A stretch of DNA of 32,064 bases from Niabella sp. (GTDB lineage Bacteria; Bacteroidota; Bacteroidia; Chitinophagales; Chitinophagaceae), in assembly GCA_039593785.1 (NCBI GenBank), contig JBCNOR010000001.1:1-32064 (forward strand). The letters run 5' to 3'. Below, piece after piece: positions 17,902-27,097 of this stretch. Made by a program: the position numbers and the translations under genes. The stretch's first letter is position 1. Each line of letters begins with the position of its first letter. The notes beneath the pieces are model-generated. The model saw only the letters and a program-made list of their open reading frames with translations, had not been told where the DNA came from and searched no databases.

Positions 17902-19176
17902 ATGCGTTATCCTATTCTTATTTTATTACTATGTTTTTTTTCGGCCGCAGACGCCCAGGTGCGGCCGGACAGTATAGTATTGAAACCGATACAAGAGATA
18001 CCCCATATTTTCTATCCTGATACAGCTTTGAGAATCACAAACTTTAGTCCCTTTTTTTCAATGCATGTTGACTCCAGCCTCAATTACAGGTTTCAAATCA
18101 ATAAGGACCCGAGAAAATATTATTGGTATTTAAAAAATGCGCCTGCAGGATTTAAGATTGACAAAGACAATGGTACTTTAAGTTTTCGTAGCAACAAATC
18201 GCTTTTTTTATCGGGACGCCTAAAGTATGACCGGGAATACCCGATATCTTTTGGAGTACAGAGTCTTTCCAATCCTGCCGACAGGCTGGATACAACATTA
18301 AATGTAATATTTTACAGCACAGACGTTGTGTACCCCAAAATAAAGCCATCGGTTGTAAGTCCTGTTACCATCAATGAAGGAGATCGCCTTAGCTTTAACG
18401 TACTATGCGAGAATGGTAATTTCCCTATCGAAAAAATACTGATGTCGAGCGATATTTCGATCGGCAACTTTAAGTTACCTAAAACCTGTGATGATAATTT
18501 CGAATGGGTGCCGGGTTATGATTTCGTAACCGAGAAAGATGCTAAAGGGGAAAGAATTGTAAACCTTGAATTTATTGGTACGACTAATTTCAATTTCGCT
18601 GATACTGCCAGGGTAAAAGTGGTGGTTAAAGATGGCTTGAATTACGATATCGCTACCAAGGAGTATAATGATGCTCTCAGATTGATGAAAATCTGGATAC
18701 TGAGATATAAGTATACTTTTTATCAATTGGATAAGAAAATTAAAAAAACAAAAGGTTGGCGATCGGGCTTCGATATTACTACCGCATCTACTACATTAAC
18801 AGGTACTGTCCTGGCCACTACTGCTGAAAAAGATGATACCAAGAAGCAGAATACGGGTAAGATCTTACCAAGCATTGGTGTGGTGGCCATGCCGGTAAAA
18901 GAGGCGGCAGCCCCACAGAAAACTACTGAACAAAACCAGGCTACGTTGCTGCGTGTTAATATCAAGCGGCTTGATTACATGATAACAGAGAACCAGTTGT
19001 TGGGTACCAGAGACCCGTTAATCAATGCTAAAACAGAGACCCTTAAGAAAGAGCTGCGGCAAAGCCAGGATCAGCTAAGGGAAGTTCCTACCGAGATGTC
19101 GGAGCGCTTCTCAGAAAAACAGCTGAATGACTATTTTGATAACCCAAGAGTGCAAAAGAAATACCGTTTTAAATAG
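17902..19176 (+). CDS. Secreted hypothetical protein with putative Ig-like domains and helical C-terminus
   Basis: Signal peptide MRYPILILLLCFFSAADAQ. LKNAPAGFKIDKDNGTLSF resembles a putative Ig (He_PIG) motif. Start moved from the TTG at 17872. Confidence 0.75.
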   Translation: MRYPILILLLCFFSAADAQVRPDSIVLKPIQEIPHIFYPDTALRITNFSPFFSMHVDSSLNYRFQINKDPRKYYWYLKNAPAGFKIDKDNGTLSFRSNKSLFLSGRLKYDREYPISFGVQSLSNPADRLDTTLNVIFYSTDVVYPKIKPSVVSPVTINEGDRLSFNVLCENGNFPIEKILMSSDISIGNFKLPKTCDDNFEWVPGYDFVTEKDAKGERIVNLEFIGTTNFNFADTARVKVVVKDGLNYDIATKEYNDALRLMKIWILRYKYTFYQLDKKIKKTKGWRSGFDITTASTTLTGTVLATTAEKDDTKKQNTGKILPSIGVVAMPVKEAAAPQKTTEQNQATLLRVNIKRLDYMITENQLLGTRDPLINAKTETLKKELRQSQDQLREVPTEMSERFSEKQLNDYFDNPRVQKKYRFK

Positions 19177-19198
19177 TAGTTATTAACAGATATAATGC

Positions 19199-19233
19199 AA
19201 AGAGGCTTTCGTGATTGAAAGCCTCTTTTATTT
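19199..19233. terminator. Probably bidirectional intrinsic terminator between convergent genes
   Basis: AAAGAGGCTTTC-GTGATT-GAAAGCCTCTTT 12-bp stem, T-rich downstream. Confidence 0.85.
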
Positions 19234-19308
19234 GGAGCGGAACTATTGACTTACCTTCTTGGGGATGGATTTTGTTAAGCCCGTATAACGAACCTGTACC
19301 CACCCTGT

Positions 19309-19623
19309 TTACTTTACCAGGCATTTTTTAGCGGCGCCTTCCATGATTACTTTGATCTCACCGGGTGCTATTTTATCAGCATCTTGATAGCTATACTGTT
19401 CTTCGATCTTGGATCCGCTGAATTTACACATACAGGTAATAACGGCTGAGTCCGGCTGCTGCCCCCGCTGCGCATAGGTTCGTTTTGCTGATGAAATACA
19501 ATTGCGCATAAACTCCTTTCTCTCGCTCTGCGTCCAGCTGCCTTTTTCACTTTTTTTGTCCTTTGTGCCACAGGCATTCAAAAGAATAACGGAGATACCC
19601 AGAAATATCATTGTTGCCTTCAT
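19309..19623 (-). CDS. Small hypothetical lipoprotein with conserved-looking cysteines
   Basis: Lipobox LNA-C; W...F...C, CxC and a C-terminal C. Confidence 0.75.
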   Translation of the reverse strand: MKATMIFLGISVILLNACGTKDKKSEKGSWTQSERKEFMRNCISSAKRTYAQRGQQPDSAVITCMCKFSGSKIEEQYSYQDADKIAPGEIKVIMEGAAKKCLVK

Positions 19624-19643
19624 TGGATCATCTTTTGAAATAC

Positions 19644-19678
19644 AAAAAAACTAAGAAAGCGGCAAATCGCCGCTTCTC
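19644..19678 (-). terminator. Second terminator-like hairpin downstream of exuT
   Basis: Minus strand AAGCGGCG-ATT-TGCCGCTT then TCTTAGTTTTTTT. Confidence 0.6.
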
Positions 19679-19745
19679 TTTACAATTCGATCAGCTCTGT
19701 TTATTATTCGCAAATAATGCAGGTGTTCCGCTGCTTCCTTTGCAT

Positions 19746-19778
19746 AAGAAAACCGCCCCAGTTATTGAGACGGTTTTG
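19746..19778 (-). terminator. Intrinsic terminator of the hexuronate cluster
   Basis: Minus strand AAAACCGTCTCA-ATAAC-TGGGGCGGTTTT (GU pairs form only on this strand), about 20 nt after the exuT stop. Confidence 0.75.
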
Positions 19779-19799
19779 TTATTTCAAATATTCGGTTCA

Positions 19800-21251
19800 T
19801 TACAAATCGGTAATGGGTGCGTATTTAGGCACCAATGACTTCATAATAATCCATCCTATTAAATAGGCAACGGCACAGATAGCAAAAATGATAAAGTATC
19901 CTGCTTCGATTCCCTGGAAACCCAAAAAGCTCATCTGGCTTTTATCAGAGTAATCGAACAATACGCCCGAACCTTTATTAATCAGGAAGGATCCCACACC
20001 TCCGGCCATGCCACCAATACCAGTAATAGTTGCAATTGCTTTTTTAGGGAACATGTCTCCGATTGTAGAAAAAATATTAGCGCTCCAGGCCTGGTGTGCT
20101 GCTCCTGCAATACCGATAATAATAACCGGCAGCCAAACTGAATAACTACCTAATGGTTGCGCCAGCAGTGCCAGTAAAGGGAAAAAAGCAAATATTAACA
20201 TGGCACGCATCCGTCCTGCATAAGGATTCATACCTTTCTTGTCAACAAAATAACTGGGCAGCCACCCACCTATAATGGATAGTAATGTAATCAGGTAAAG
20301 TGTAAAAATCTGGGGTGCGCTTTGGGTAGAGTCCAGCCCATAAACAGAACTCAAATAGGCAGGTGTCCAAAACAGGAAGAACCACCAAACCCCATCTGTC
20401 ATGAATTTACCAACCGCAAAAGCCCATGTTTGCCTGTATTTGAAGGCCTGTGCAAACGAGATTCCCTTTTGCGAAGTAGCTACAGCATTTTCTTTAACTA
20501 CTTCATCCTTATCATCCTGCTGTATGTATTCCAGTTCTTCTTTATTTACCCTGGGATGAACATTCGGTTTTTTATAAATAAACACCCAAAAGGCCATCCA
20601 GATAAAACCAACTGCACCTATAATGATAAATGACATTTCCCAACCCCATGCTTTAGCGATAAACGGAATGGTAAGTGGCGCCATTAATGCACCTATAGTT
20701 GCTCCGGCGTTAAATATACTGGTGGCATACGCCCTGTCTTTTTTAGGAAAATATTCCGCAGTAGCTTTGATAGCTGCAGGGAAATTACCGGCCTCACCAA
20801 TAGCTAATACAATACGGGCGAAAATAAATAGTGATACACTCACACTGGCTACCTGCGCTACATCGCCTACTGTTGACAAGGCCTCCTTGGCACCATGAAA
20901 ACCTACAGCCCACTCTCCCGCTACAATTCCTGAAGTTGCAATTCCGCAAAACGCATGAATAACAGCGCCTATAGACCACACAAAGATAGCCCACAAGAAG
21001 CCTTTCTTTGTGTCCATCCAATCGACAAACTTGCCGGCGAACAGCATTGATATAGCATAAACGATGGAGAATATAGCCGTGATGGTACCATAGTCGTTAT
21101 TGGTCCAGTGAAACTCAGGAACTATAAAATCTTTCCAGGTAAGCGATAAAACCTGCCTGTCCAGGTAGTTAATAGTTGTTGCGAAAAAAAGCATGGCACA
21201 GATCGTCCACCTGTATTTGGTCATTTTCCCATTTCCATTGGCTTGCTGCAT
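19800..21251 (-). CDS. exuT: MFS hexuronate transporter (ACS family)
   Basis: RW...FFATTINYLDRQ, GEAGNFPAAIK, EYFPKKDRA, WWFFLFWTP; uronate gene context. Confidence 0.9.
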   Translation of the reverse strand: MQQANGNGKMTKYRWTICAMLFFATTINYLDRQVLSLTWKDFIVPEFHWTNNDYGTITAIFSIVYAISMLFAGKFVDWMDTKKGFLWAIFVWSIGAVIHAFCGIATSGIVAGEWAVGFHGAKEALSTVGDVAQVASVSVSLFIFARIVLAIGEAGNFPAAIKATAEYFPKKDRAYATSIFNAGATIGALMAPLTIPFIAKAWGWEMSFIIIGAVGFIWMAFWVFIYKKPNVHPRVNKEELEYIQQDDKDEVVKENAVATSQKGISFAQAFKYRQTWAFAVGKFMTDGVWWFFLFWTPAYLSSVYGLDSTQSAPQIFTLYLITLLSIIGGWLPSYFVDKKGMNPYAGRMRAMLIFAFFPLLALLAQPLGSYSVWLPVIIIGIAGAAHQAWSANIFSTIGDMFPKKAIATITGIGGMAGGVGSFLINKGSGVLFDYSDKSQMSFLGFQGIEAGYFIIFAICAVAYLIGWIIMKSLVPKYAPITDL

Positions 21252-21259
21252 GTCGTTAG

Positions 21260-21922
21260 TTATTTTTTAATTGATTGAATAGTGGCAAAAACTTCTCTGG
21301 TAGCGCTTTCAATGGTTGCGTAATCTTTATTCGCCATCAGCTCTTTACTGATCAACTTGCTTCCCATACCTACTGCGCTTACGCCTGCTTTAAACCAGTT
21401 TTCAATATTTTCTTTAGTAGTATCTACACCGCCTGTCGGCATAAAGATCAAATTGGGGAATACCGGCTTGATAGCTGATAAGTATTTAGGACCTAATGTA
21501 TCACCGGGGAACAACTTAATAAATCTAACACCTGCAGTTTCAGCTGCGATGATCTCAGTAGGTGTCATACAACCCGGGGCATATAATACATCATTGGCAA
21601 CCGCATAGGCCGCGATCTCTGCCACATAACCAGGGCTAACTAAAAAGTCTGCACCAACGGCCAGGTATTCTTTTACCTGTGTCAGGTTTTTAACAGTACC
21701 AATACCTAACAAAAGGCCCGGCATTTCTGCATTGCGCACTTCTACCATTTTGGCAAAATTATTTAAAGCAGCTTCACCGCGACTGGTATATTCAATTGCT
21801 TTTACACCTGCTTTATATACGGCACGCAAAATTTCCACGCTTACCGTTTCGTCTGCATTAAAATATAGCGGCAGCATGCCCTGCTCTACTATCGCATCAA
21901 TTGCCTGTTGTGTTGTAGCCAT
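21260..21922 (-). CDS. eda: KDPG/KHG aldolase
   Basis: IEYTSR, GIGTV, FLVSPG, PGCMTPTE, KLFP, MPTGGV motifs. Confidence 0.93.
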   Translation of the reverse strand: MATTQQAIDAIVEQGMLPLYFNADETVSVEILRAVYKAGVKAIEYTSRGEAALNNFAKMVEVRNAEMPGLLLGIGTVKNLTQVKEYLAVGADFLVSPGYVAEIAAYAVANDVLYAPGCMTPTEIIAAETAGVRFIKLFPGDTLGPKYLSAIKPVFPNLIFMPTGGVDTTKENIENWFKAGVSAVGMGSKLISKELMANKDYATIESATREVFATIQSIKK

Positions 21923-21925
21923 TTC

Positions 21926-21999
21926 AATTTAAGATTTAAGGCCTGTCTGCCGACAGGCAGGTTTAAAGTTCAAGGTTGAAAATTGTTCAAACCTTAAAT
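21926..21999. repeat. Heptamer-repeat spacer with an embedded 20-bp REP-like palindrome (21942-21961)
   Basis: ATTTAAG ATTTAAG G [CCTGTCTGCCGACAGGCAGG] TTTAAAG TTCAAGG TTGAAAA, then an inverted TTCAAACCTTAAAT. Confidence 0.65.
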
Positions 22000-22055
22000 A
22001 ATTACTATTGTGTGAACCTCTACCAGTCAACTAATAACCGGTAAACTTATTCCAA

Positions 22056-22514
22056 CTAGATCTTTACTTTGATCACCATCTTTTTAATATTTCCTTCTCC
22101 TACACCAATCATGGGTGCATGTACATCTTCGGGAAACAATATTACAAACTGGTTATCGGTTAAGTTAAAGTACATATCCGGTTTTTCATCCCAGAACTGT
22201 ACATCTTTTGCATCGTCATAGCCGCCTTTATCGGTATCGCACTTTTCAATAGGCTTCCAGCCTATTTCCTCAACACCGCTGATGCACACCTGGATATCGA
22301 TATGCTTACGATGGCATTCAAATTTTTCTAAAGACTCTTCGCGGCTTTTGCCTTCTTTATCAGATACGATGGCTTTTAGCTCATCGCCCTGGATTTCGTA
22401 CGTGCCCGGTTCTATAGTTGCTAAATCTGTAGCAGCTATATACTCAAATGCTTTCACGAACAAAGGATGAACACTATTATACTTCTGCGCATTCTTTAAT
22501 GAATCGATGATCAT
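22056..22514 (-). CDS. YhcH/YjgK/YiaL family protein (DUF386)
   Basis: MIIDSL, ECHRKHIDIQ, FPEDVHAP, KKMVIKV motifs. Confidence 0.92.
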   Translation of the reverse strand: MIIDSLKNAQKYNSVHPLFVKAFEYIAATDLATIEPGTYEIQGDELKAIVSDKEGKSREESLEKFECHRKHIDIQVCISGVEEIGWKPIEKCDTDKGGYDDAKDVQFWDEKPDMYFNLTDNQFVILFPEDVHAPMIGVGEGNIKKMVIKVKI

Positions 22515-22520
22515 GATGAT

Positions 22521-22601
22521 ATGTTTGAATGTAAGATGTCAGATGTACGGCGTACGAAAAACTCAGCTGTCTTCGTACATCACACATCTAACACCATACA
22601 C
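22521..22601. repeat. Inverted pair of heptamer arrays
   Basis: ATGTAAG ATGTCAG ATGTACG GCGTACG ... CGTACAT CACACAT CTAACAC CATACAC. Confidence 0.75.
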
Positions 22602-22608
22602 GTTAAGA

Positions 22609-23634
22609 TTATCTCTGTACCCTTCCGCTGGCGTCGCCTTTCATTAGTGTTTTTACATCACTTAATGTAGCGTGGTTTAAGTCGCCGGGAATGGTATGTT
22701 TTAATGCAGAAGCTGCCACACCAAACTCTGCTGCATCGGCCATGCTCATACCGGTAACCAGGCCATAAATAAGGCCACTGGCAAAGCTATCGCCACTACC
22801 CACACGGTCAACAATACGCACGTCATACTTACGGGTGTGGTAAAACTCGTTACCATCACTTACCAATGCGCTCCAGCCGTTGTCGCTTGCGCTATAGCTT
22901 TCGCGTAAAGATGAAGCAATGTATTTAAATCCAAATTTTTCTTTCATCTGGCGGATCACATCTTTATAACCATCCAGGTTCAATTCCCCTTTGGTGATAT
23001 CGCTATGAGCTGCTTTAAAACCTAAAGTGGTTTCAGCGTCCTCTTCGTTACCAATGCATACATCTACATATTTACACAGCTCAGTCATTACCGATTGCGC
23101 TTTTTCTTTGCTCCATAATTTCTTACGATAGTTTAAGTCGATAGAAGTGGTGATGCCTCTTTCTTTAGCCGCTTTTAAAGCAGCTTCCGTCAGTGCAGCA
23201 GCCTTATCGCTTAATGCTGGTGTGATACCTGTTGTATGGAACCAGTCTGCGCCTTCAAAAATTTTATCCCAGTTAAACTCGCTTGCATCCACATCGGCGA
23301 TTGAAGCACCTGCGCGGTCGTAAATCACCTGCGAAGCACGCATGGAAGCACCTGTTTCCAAAAAGTAGATACCCAGTCTTTCGCCACCTAATGCCACGTG
23401 TTGCGTGTCAACACCGTAACGGCGTAAATGATTAATAGCAGATTGTCCTATTGCATTATCAGGCACTTTAGAAACGAAAACACCATTTAAACCATAGTTG
23501 GATAAAGCTACCGCTACGTTGGCTTCGCCACCGCCATAGGTAACATCAAATGAATCTGCTTGAACGAAACGTTGAAAGCCTGGTGTGGAAAGGCGCAACA
23601 TTATTTCTCCGAGTGTAACAACTTTTTTTGACAT
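22609..23634 (-). CDS. kdgK: 2-dehydro-3-deoxygluconokinase (PfkB family)
   Basis: GEIMLRL, GGGEANVA, DLNYRKKLW, DRVGSGDSF, HTIPGD motifs. Confidence 0.95.
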   Translation of the reverse strand: MSKKVVTLGEIMLRLSTPGFQRFVQADSFDVTYGGGEANVAVALSNYGLNGVFVSKVPDNAIGQSAINHLRRYGVDTQHVALGGERLGIYFLETGASMRASQVIYDRAGASIADVDASEFNWDKIFEGADWFHTTGITPALSDKAAALTEAALKAAKERGITTSIDLNYRKKLWSKEKAQSVMTELCKYVDVCIGNEEDAETTLGFKAAHSDITKGELNLDGYKDVIRQMKEKFGFKYIASSLRESYSASDNGWSALVSDGNEFYHTRKYDVRIVDRVGSGDSFASGLIYGLVTGMSMADAAEFGVAASALKHTIPGDLNHATLSDVKTLMKGDASGRVQR

Positions 23635-23642
23635 GACTTCTT

Positions 23643-23690
23643 ATTGAAAATTGAATATTGAAATTGAGTATCGATGATTGATGATCTACA
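23643..23690. repeat. Degenerate heptamer tandem array (ATYGAnn)
   Basis: ATTGAAA ATTGAAT ATTGAA ATTGAGT ATCGATG ATTGATG ATCTACA. Confidence 0.75.
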
Positions 23691-23744
23691 GTACAAGAGT
23701 GCGACGCAATACCGATGCCACCTGCACCGCAGATGATACCATAA

Positions 23745-24644
23745 TTATTTTACCGTATGTACCGGTGCCGGATCCATATCGCTATACACGAGATTCTCGC
23801 CGGCCATACCCCATATAAAACCGTAGTTGGCAGTACCGCATCCGAAGTGTGTGCTCCAGGGTGGAGAGATCACCGCTTCGTTATTAGCCATTACTATATG
23901 ACGTGACTCAGCCGGGTTACCCATAAAATGGAACAGGCGCTGATCTGCCGGCAGGTCAAAATAGAAATAGGCTTCCATGCGACGGGTATGCGTATGTGGC
24001 GGAACCGAGTTCCATACACTACCCGGAGCCAGAATAGTTAAGCCCATTACCAGCTGGCAGCTTTGAAGACCTTCCAAATGGATGTACTTATAAACGGTTC
24101 TTTTGTTGGATGTTTCTGCCGCACCCAGGTCTACCGGGGAAGCCTGCTCTTTAGTAAACACCGCATTGGGGTAGGTTGCATGCGCAGGAGCCGACAAAAT
24201 ATAGAAAACAGCCGGAGCTTTTTTGCTGGCCGATGAAAAGCTTATCTTTTTTGTGCCTTTACCTAAGTACAGGCAGGAAAGCTTTTCCAGGTCAAACTTT
24301 TGACCATCGGCTGTTACCGTTCCTTTTCCACCTACATTAATAATACCCATTTCACGACGCTCCAGGAAATATTCCGCACGTAGCTCAGGATGATTACCTA
24401 ATGTTAATGTTTTGGTTGCCGGAACAGCGCCACCAATAATTACACGGTCATAATGAGAATATACCAGTTTAATGGTATCGGCTACCATCAGGTCTTTTAC
24501 CAGGAAATTATCGATCAGTTTTTGTGTGTCCATTGTTTTGGTTTCCTCAGGACCTACTGCAAAACGTATTTCCATGTCACCATCCACGAAAGTGTTGGTT
24601 TTATAATCTTTGAGTGCGGGTGCTGCACTTATTTTTTTTGCCAT
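23745..24644 (-). CDS. kduI: 5-dehydro-4-deoxy-D-glucuronate (DKI) isomerase
   Basis: YSHYDR, FLERREMGIIN, SCQLVMGLT, WNSVPPHTHTRRMEAY, MAGEN. Alternative start at 24575. Confidence 0.95.
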   Translation of the reverse strand: MAKKISAAPALKDYKTNTFVDGDMEIRFAVGPEETKTMDTQKLIDNFLVKDLMVADTIKLVYSHYDRVIIGGAVPATKTLTLGNHPELRAEYFLERREMGIINVGGKGTVTADGQKFDLEKLSCLYLGKGTKKISFSSASKKAPAVFYILSAPAHATYPNAVFTKEQASPVDLGAAETSNKRTVYKYIHLEGLQSCQLVMGLTILAPGSVWNSVPPHTHTRRMEAYFYFDLPADQRLFHFMGNPAESRHIVMANNEAVISPPWSTHFGCGTANYGFIWGMAGENLVYSDMDPAPVHTVK

Positions 24645-24653
24645 TATTTAAAG

Positions 24654-24737
24654 TATTTAGATATTAGATATCAGACGCTGTCCATTGTCTATCGACCATG
24701 AACCGTGAACCATTGACCATGAACTATCCACCATCCC
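24654..24737. repeat. Heptamer tandem arrays filling the kduD-kduI spacer
   Basis: TATTTAG ATATTAG ATATCAG ACGCTGT, then eight units CCATTGT CTATCGA CCATGAA CCGTGAA CCATTGA CCATGAA CTATCCA CCATCCC. Confidence 0.85.
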
Positions 24738-25501
24738 TACCTTCCCATCCAGCCGCCATCTACAACCAGGATCTCTCCATTTACGTAGTTACTGGCCTGC
24801 GAGGCCAGGAAAATCGCAGGGCCTGCAAAGTCTTCAGGCGTTCCCCATCTGCCGGCCGGAATACGGCTTAAGATAGATTGGCTACGATCCGGATCTTCGC
24901 GTAATGCCTGTGTATTATCAGTGGCAATATAGCCAGGCGCAATACCATTTACATTAACGCCTTTGGACGCCCACTCGTTAGACATGGCTTTAATAACACT
25001 GGATAAGGCTCCCTTACTTGCTGCATAACCCGGTACGGTAATACCGCCCTGGAAAGTCAACAAAGAACAGGTAAAGATAATTTTTCCCCCTCCCTGCTCA
25101 ATCATTTGCCTGCCAAACTCACGTGCCAGGATAAAAGGTGTATCCAGGTTAATGGCCAATACATTATCCCACCACTCATCAGGGTGTTCAGCAACCGGTT
25201 TGCGCATGATGGTACCTGCATTGTTTACCAATATATCGATACGCTCGTTTTCGCTCTGTACATTTTTAATAAATGCATACACGCTATCCCTGTCGGAGGC
25301 ATCCAGCTTGTAAAACTTAAAGCTGCGTCCTAAAGCTGTCACCTGCTTTTCTATTTCAGAACCGGCTTCAACCGTTCTGGAAGCTACTATAATATCAGCG
25401 CCAGCCTGCGCCAGTCCCAGGGCCATACCTGCCCCGATGCCTTTATTACCGCCTGTTACCAATGCTGTTTTGCCGGATAAGTCGAAAAAGTTCAAACTCA
25501 T
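24737..25501 (-). CDS. kduD: 2-dehydro-3-deoxy-D-gluconate 5-dehydrogenase
   Basis: TGGNKGIG, NNAG, FQGGITVPGYAASK, DGGWMGR. Start moved to the ATG at 25501 (MSLNFFDL). Confidence 0.92.
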   Translation of the reverse strand: MSLNFFDLSGKTALVTGGNKGIGAGMALGLAQAGADIIVASRTVEAGSEIEKQVTALGRSFKFYKLDASDRDSVYAFIKNVQSENERIDILVNNAGTIMRKPVAEHPDEWWDNVLAINLDTPFILAREFGRQMIEQGGGKIIFTCSLLTFQGGITVPGYAASKGALSSVIKAMSNEWASKGVNVNGIAPGYIATDNTQALREDPDRSQSILSRIPAGRWGTPEDFAGPAIFLASQASNYVNGEILVVDGGWMGR

Positions 25502-25548
25502 TATTTTTTGTTTTGAGGAAGAGGGCAATCGCCGTTCTGCCGAAGCTA

Positions 25549-26961
25549 CTATTTTAATTGTAAGTTGAAATATTTGTTGGCATTGTTAAAACAGATATCC
25601 TGTATGACCTGGCCAATCCATTCAATATTTGCAGGCAACTCGCCATTCTCTACATCATTACCAAACAGGTTGCACAAAATTCGCCTGAAGTATTCATGTC
25701 TTGGGAAAGAAAGGAAGCTTCTTGAATCTGTTAACATGCCTACAAACTTACTCAGTAAACCCATATTGGACAGGGCATTCATTTGTCTGATCATACCATC
25801 TTTCTGATCGAGGAACCACCAGCCTGATCCCCACTGGATCTTACCGGGAGCGGAACCATCGTTGAAGTTACCGATCATAGTTGCCATCAGTTCGTTATCA
25901 GCAGGATTGAGGTTATATAATATGGTCTTGGTAAGCTTGTCTCTATCGATCAGGCCACCCAGGAATTTGGATATCGCACGCGCCTGGGGGAAGTCGCCGA
26001 TAGAATCCCAGCCCGTATCGGGCCCTAACTCGCGCATGGCTTTTAAGTTATTGTTCCTGATAGCGCCCAGGTGGAATTGCTGTACCCAGCCCTTTTCATG
26101 ATCCCACTCGGCAAAGTATACCAGCATAGCCGAACGGAACTTATTCTGCTCTTCCAGGCTGAGTTCATGGCCACCATACACTTTATCGAAGATCTCGTGA
26201 ATTTCATGTTCTGTATAATCTTCTGCATAGATCTGTTCTAATCCATGATCAGATACGGAACAGCCCATGGTTGCAAAAAAGTCATGACGCTTTTTTAATG
26301 CATCCAGGAAGTCTTTAAAAAATACAATATGCACATTGGAAGCGGCTTTCAGCTTTTTAGTATAGGCTACAAAGTTGGCTGCATTAGCCACGTTCATGGC
26401 AGCATCGGGTCTCCAGGCCGGGATAATAGGAATTTCAAAACCGTCGTCTTTTACTTTCTGATGATGCTCCAGCGAGTCAACAGGATCGTCTGTTGTACAA
26501 ACCGTTTTTACATTCATCTTGCGTAAAAGGTTTCTTACGCTGTATTCGGGCGTTTGCAGCTTAGCGGTGCATTCATCATATATTTTACGCGCTGTTGAAG
26601 CATCAAGAATATCATGTACATCGAAGTAGCGCTGTAACTCCATGTGCGTCCAATGGTATAATGGATTACGCATCGTATAAGGCACCGTCTCCGCCCACTT
26701 TTCAAACTTCTCGTAATCGCTTTTATTGCCTGTGCAATATGCTTCATCTACGCCATTGGTGCGCATCGCACGCCATTTATAATGATCGCCATACAACCAG
26801 ATCTGTGTAAGGTTTTCAAATTGCTTATCGTTAGCTATCTGGTCCGGGGGAAGATGGCAGTGATAATCGATAACCGGCATTTGCTTTGCATATTCATGGT
26901 AAAGCGTTTGCGCCGTTTTAGTTTCCAGTAAAAAATTCTCGTCTAAAAATTGTTTTGCCAT
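25549..26961 (-). CDS. uxaC: Glucuronate/galacturonate isomerase
   Basis: IDYHCHL, GDHYKWRAMR, NPLYHWTH, WWFLDQ, GMLTDSRSFLS motifs. Confidence 0.97.
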   Translation of the reverse strand: MAKQFLDENFLLETKTAQTLYHEYAKQMPVIDYHCHLPPDQIANDKQFENLTQIWLYGDHYKWRAMRTNGVDEAYCTGNKSDYEKFEKWAETVPYTMRNPLYHWTHMELQRYFDVHDILDASTARKIYDECTAKLQTPEYSVRNLLRKMNVKTVCTTDDPVDSLEHHQKVKDDGFEIPIIPAWRPDAAMNVANAANFVAYTKKLKAASNVHIVFFKDFLDALKKRHDFFATMGCSVSDHGLEQIYAEDYTEHEIHEIFDKVYGGHELSLEEQNKFRSAMLVYFAEWDHEKGWVQQFHLGAIRNNNLKAMRELGPDTGWDSIGDFPQARAISKFLGGLIDRDKLTKTILYNLNPADNELMATMIGNFNDGSAPGKIQWGSGWWFLDQKDGMIRQMNALSNMGLLSKFVGMLTDSRSFLSFPRHEYFRRILCNLFGNDVENGELPANIEWIGQVIQDICFNNANKYFNLQLK

Positions 26962-27097
26962 ATAGCCTGTGTCAGAATTTTTTGATTTTATAAATACGCG
27001 GAAATATTTTAAATGATTGCATCACTTGAAAACATCGCGGAACGTGAAAAATAGTTAGAAAATCTTGATTACTTTTAAACGATTTTATATTATGAAG

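Noticed and set aside
24682-24737. Repeat arrays as CRISPR
   Set aside because: Units are 7 bp, tandem and without spacers, and there are no cas genes.
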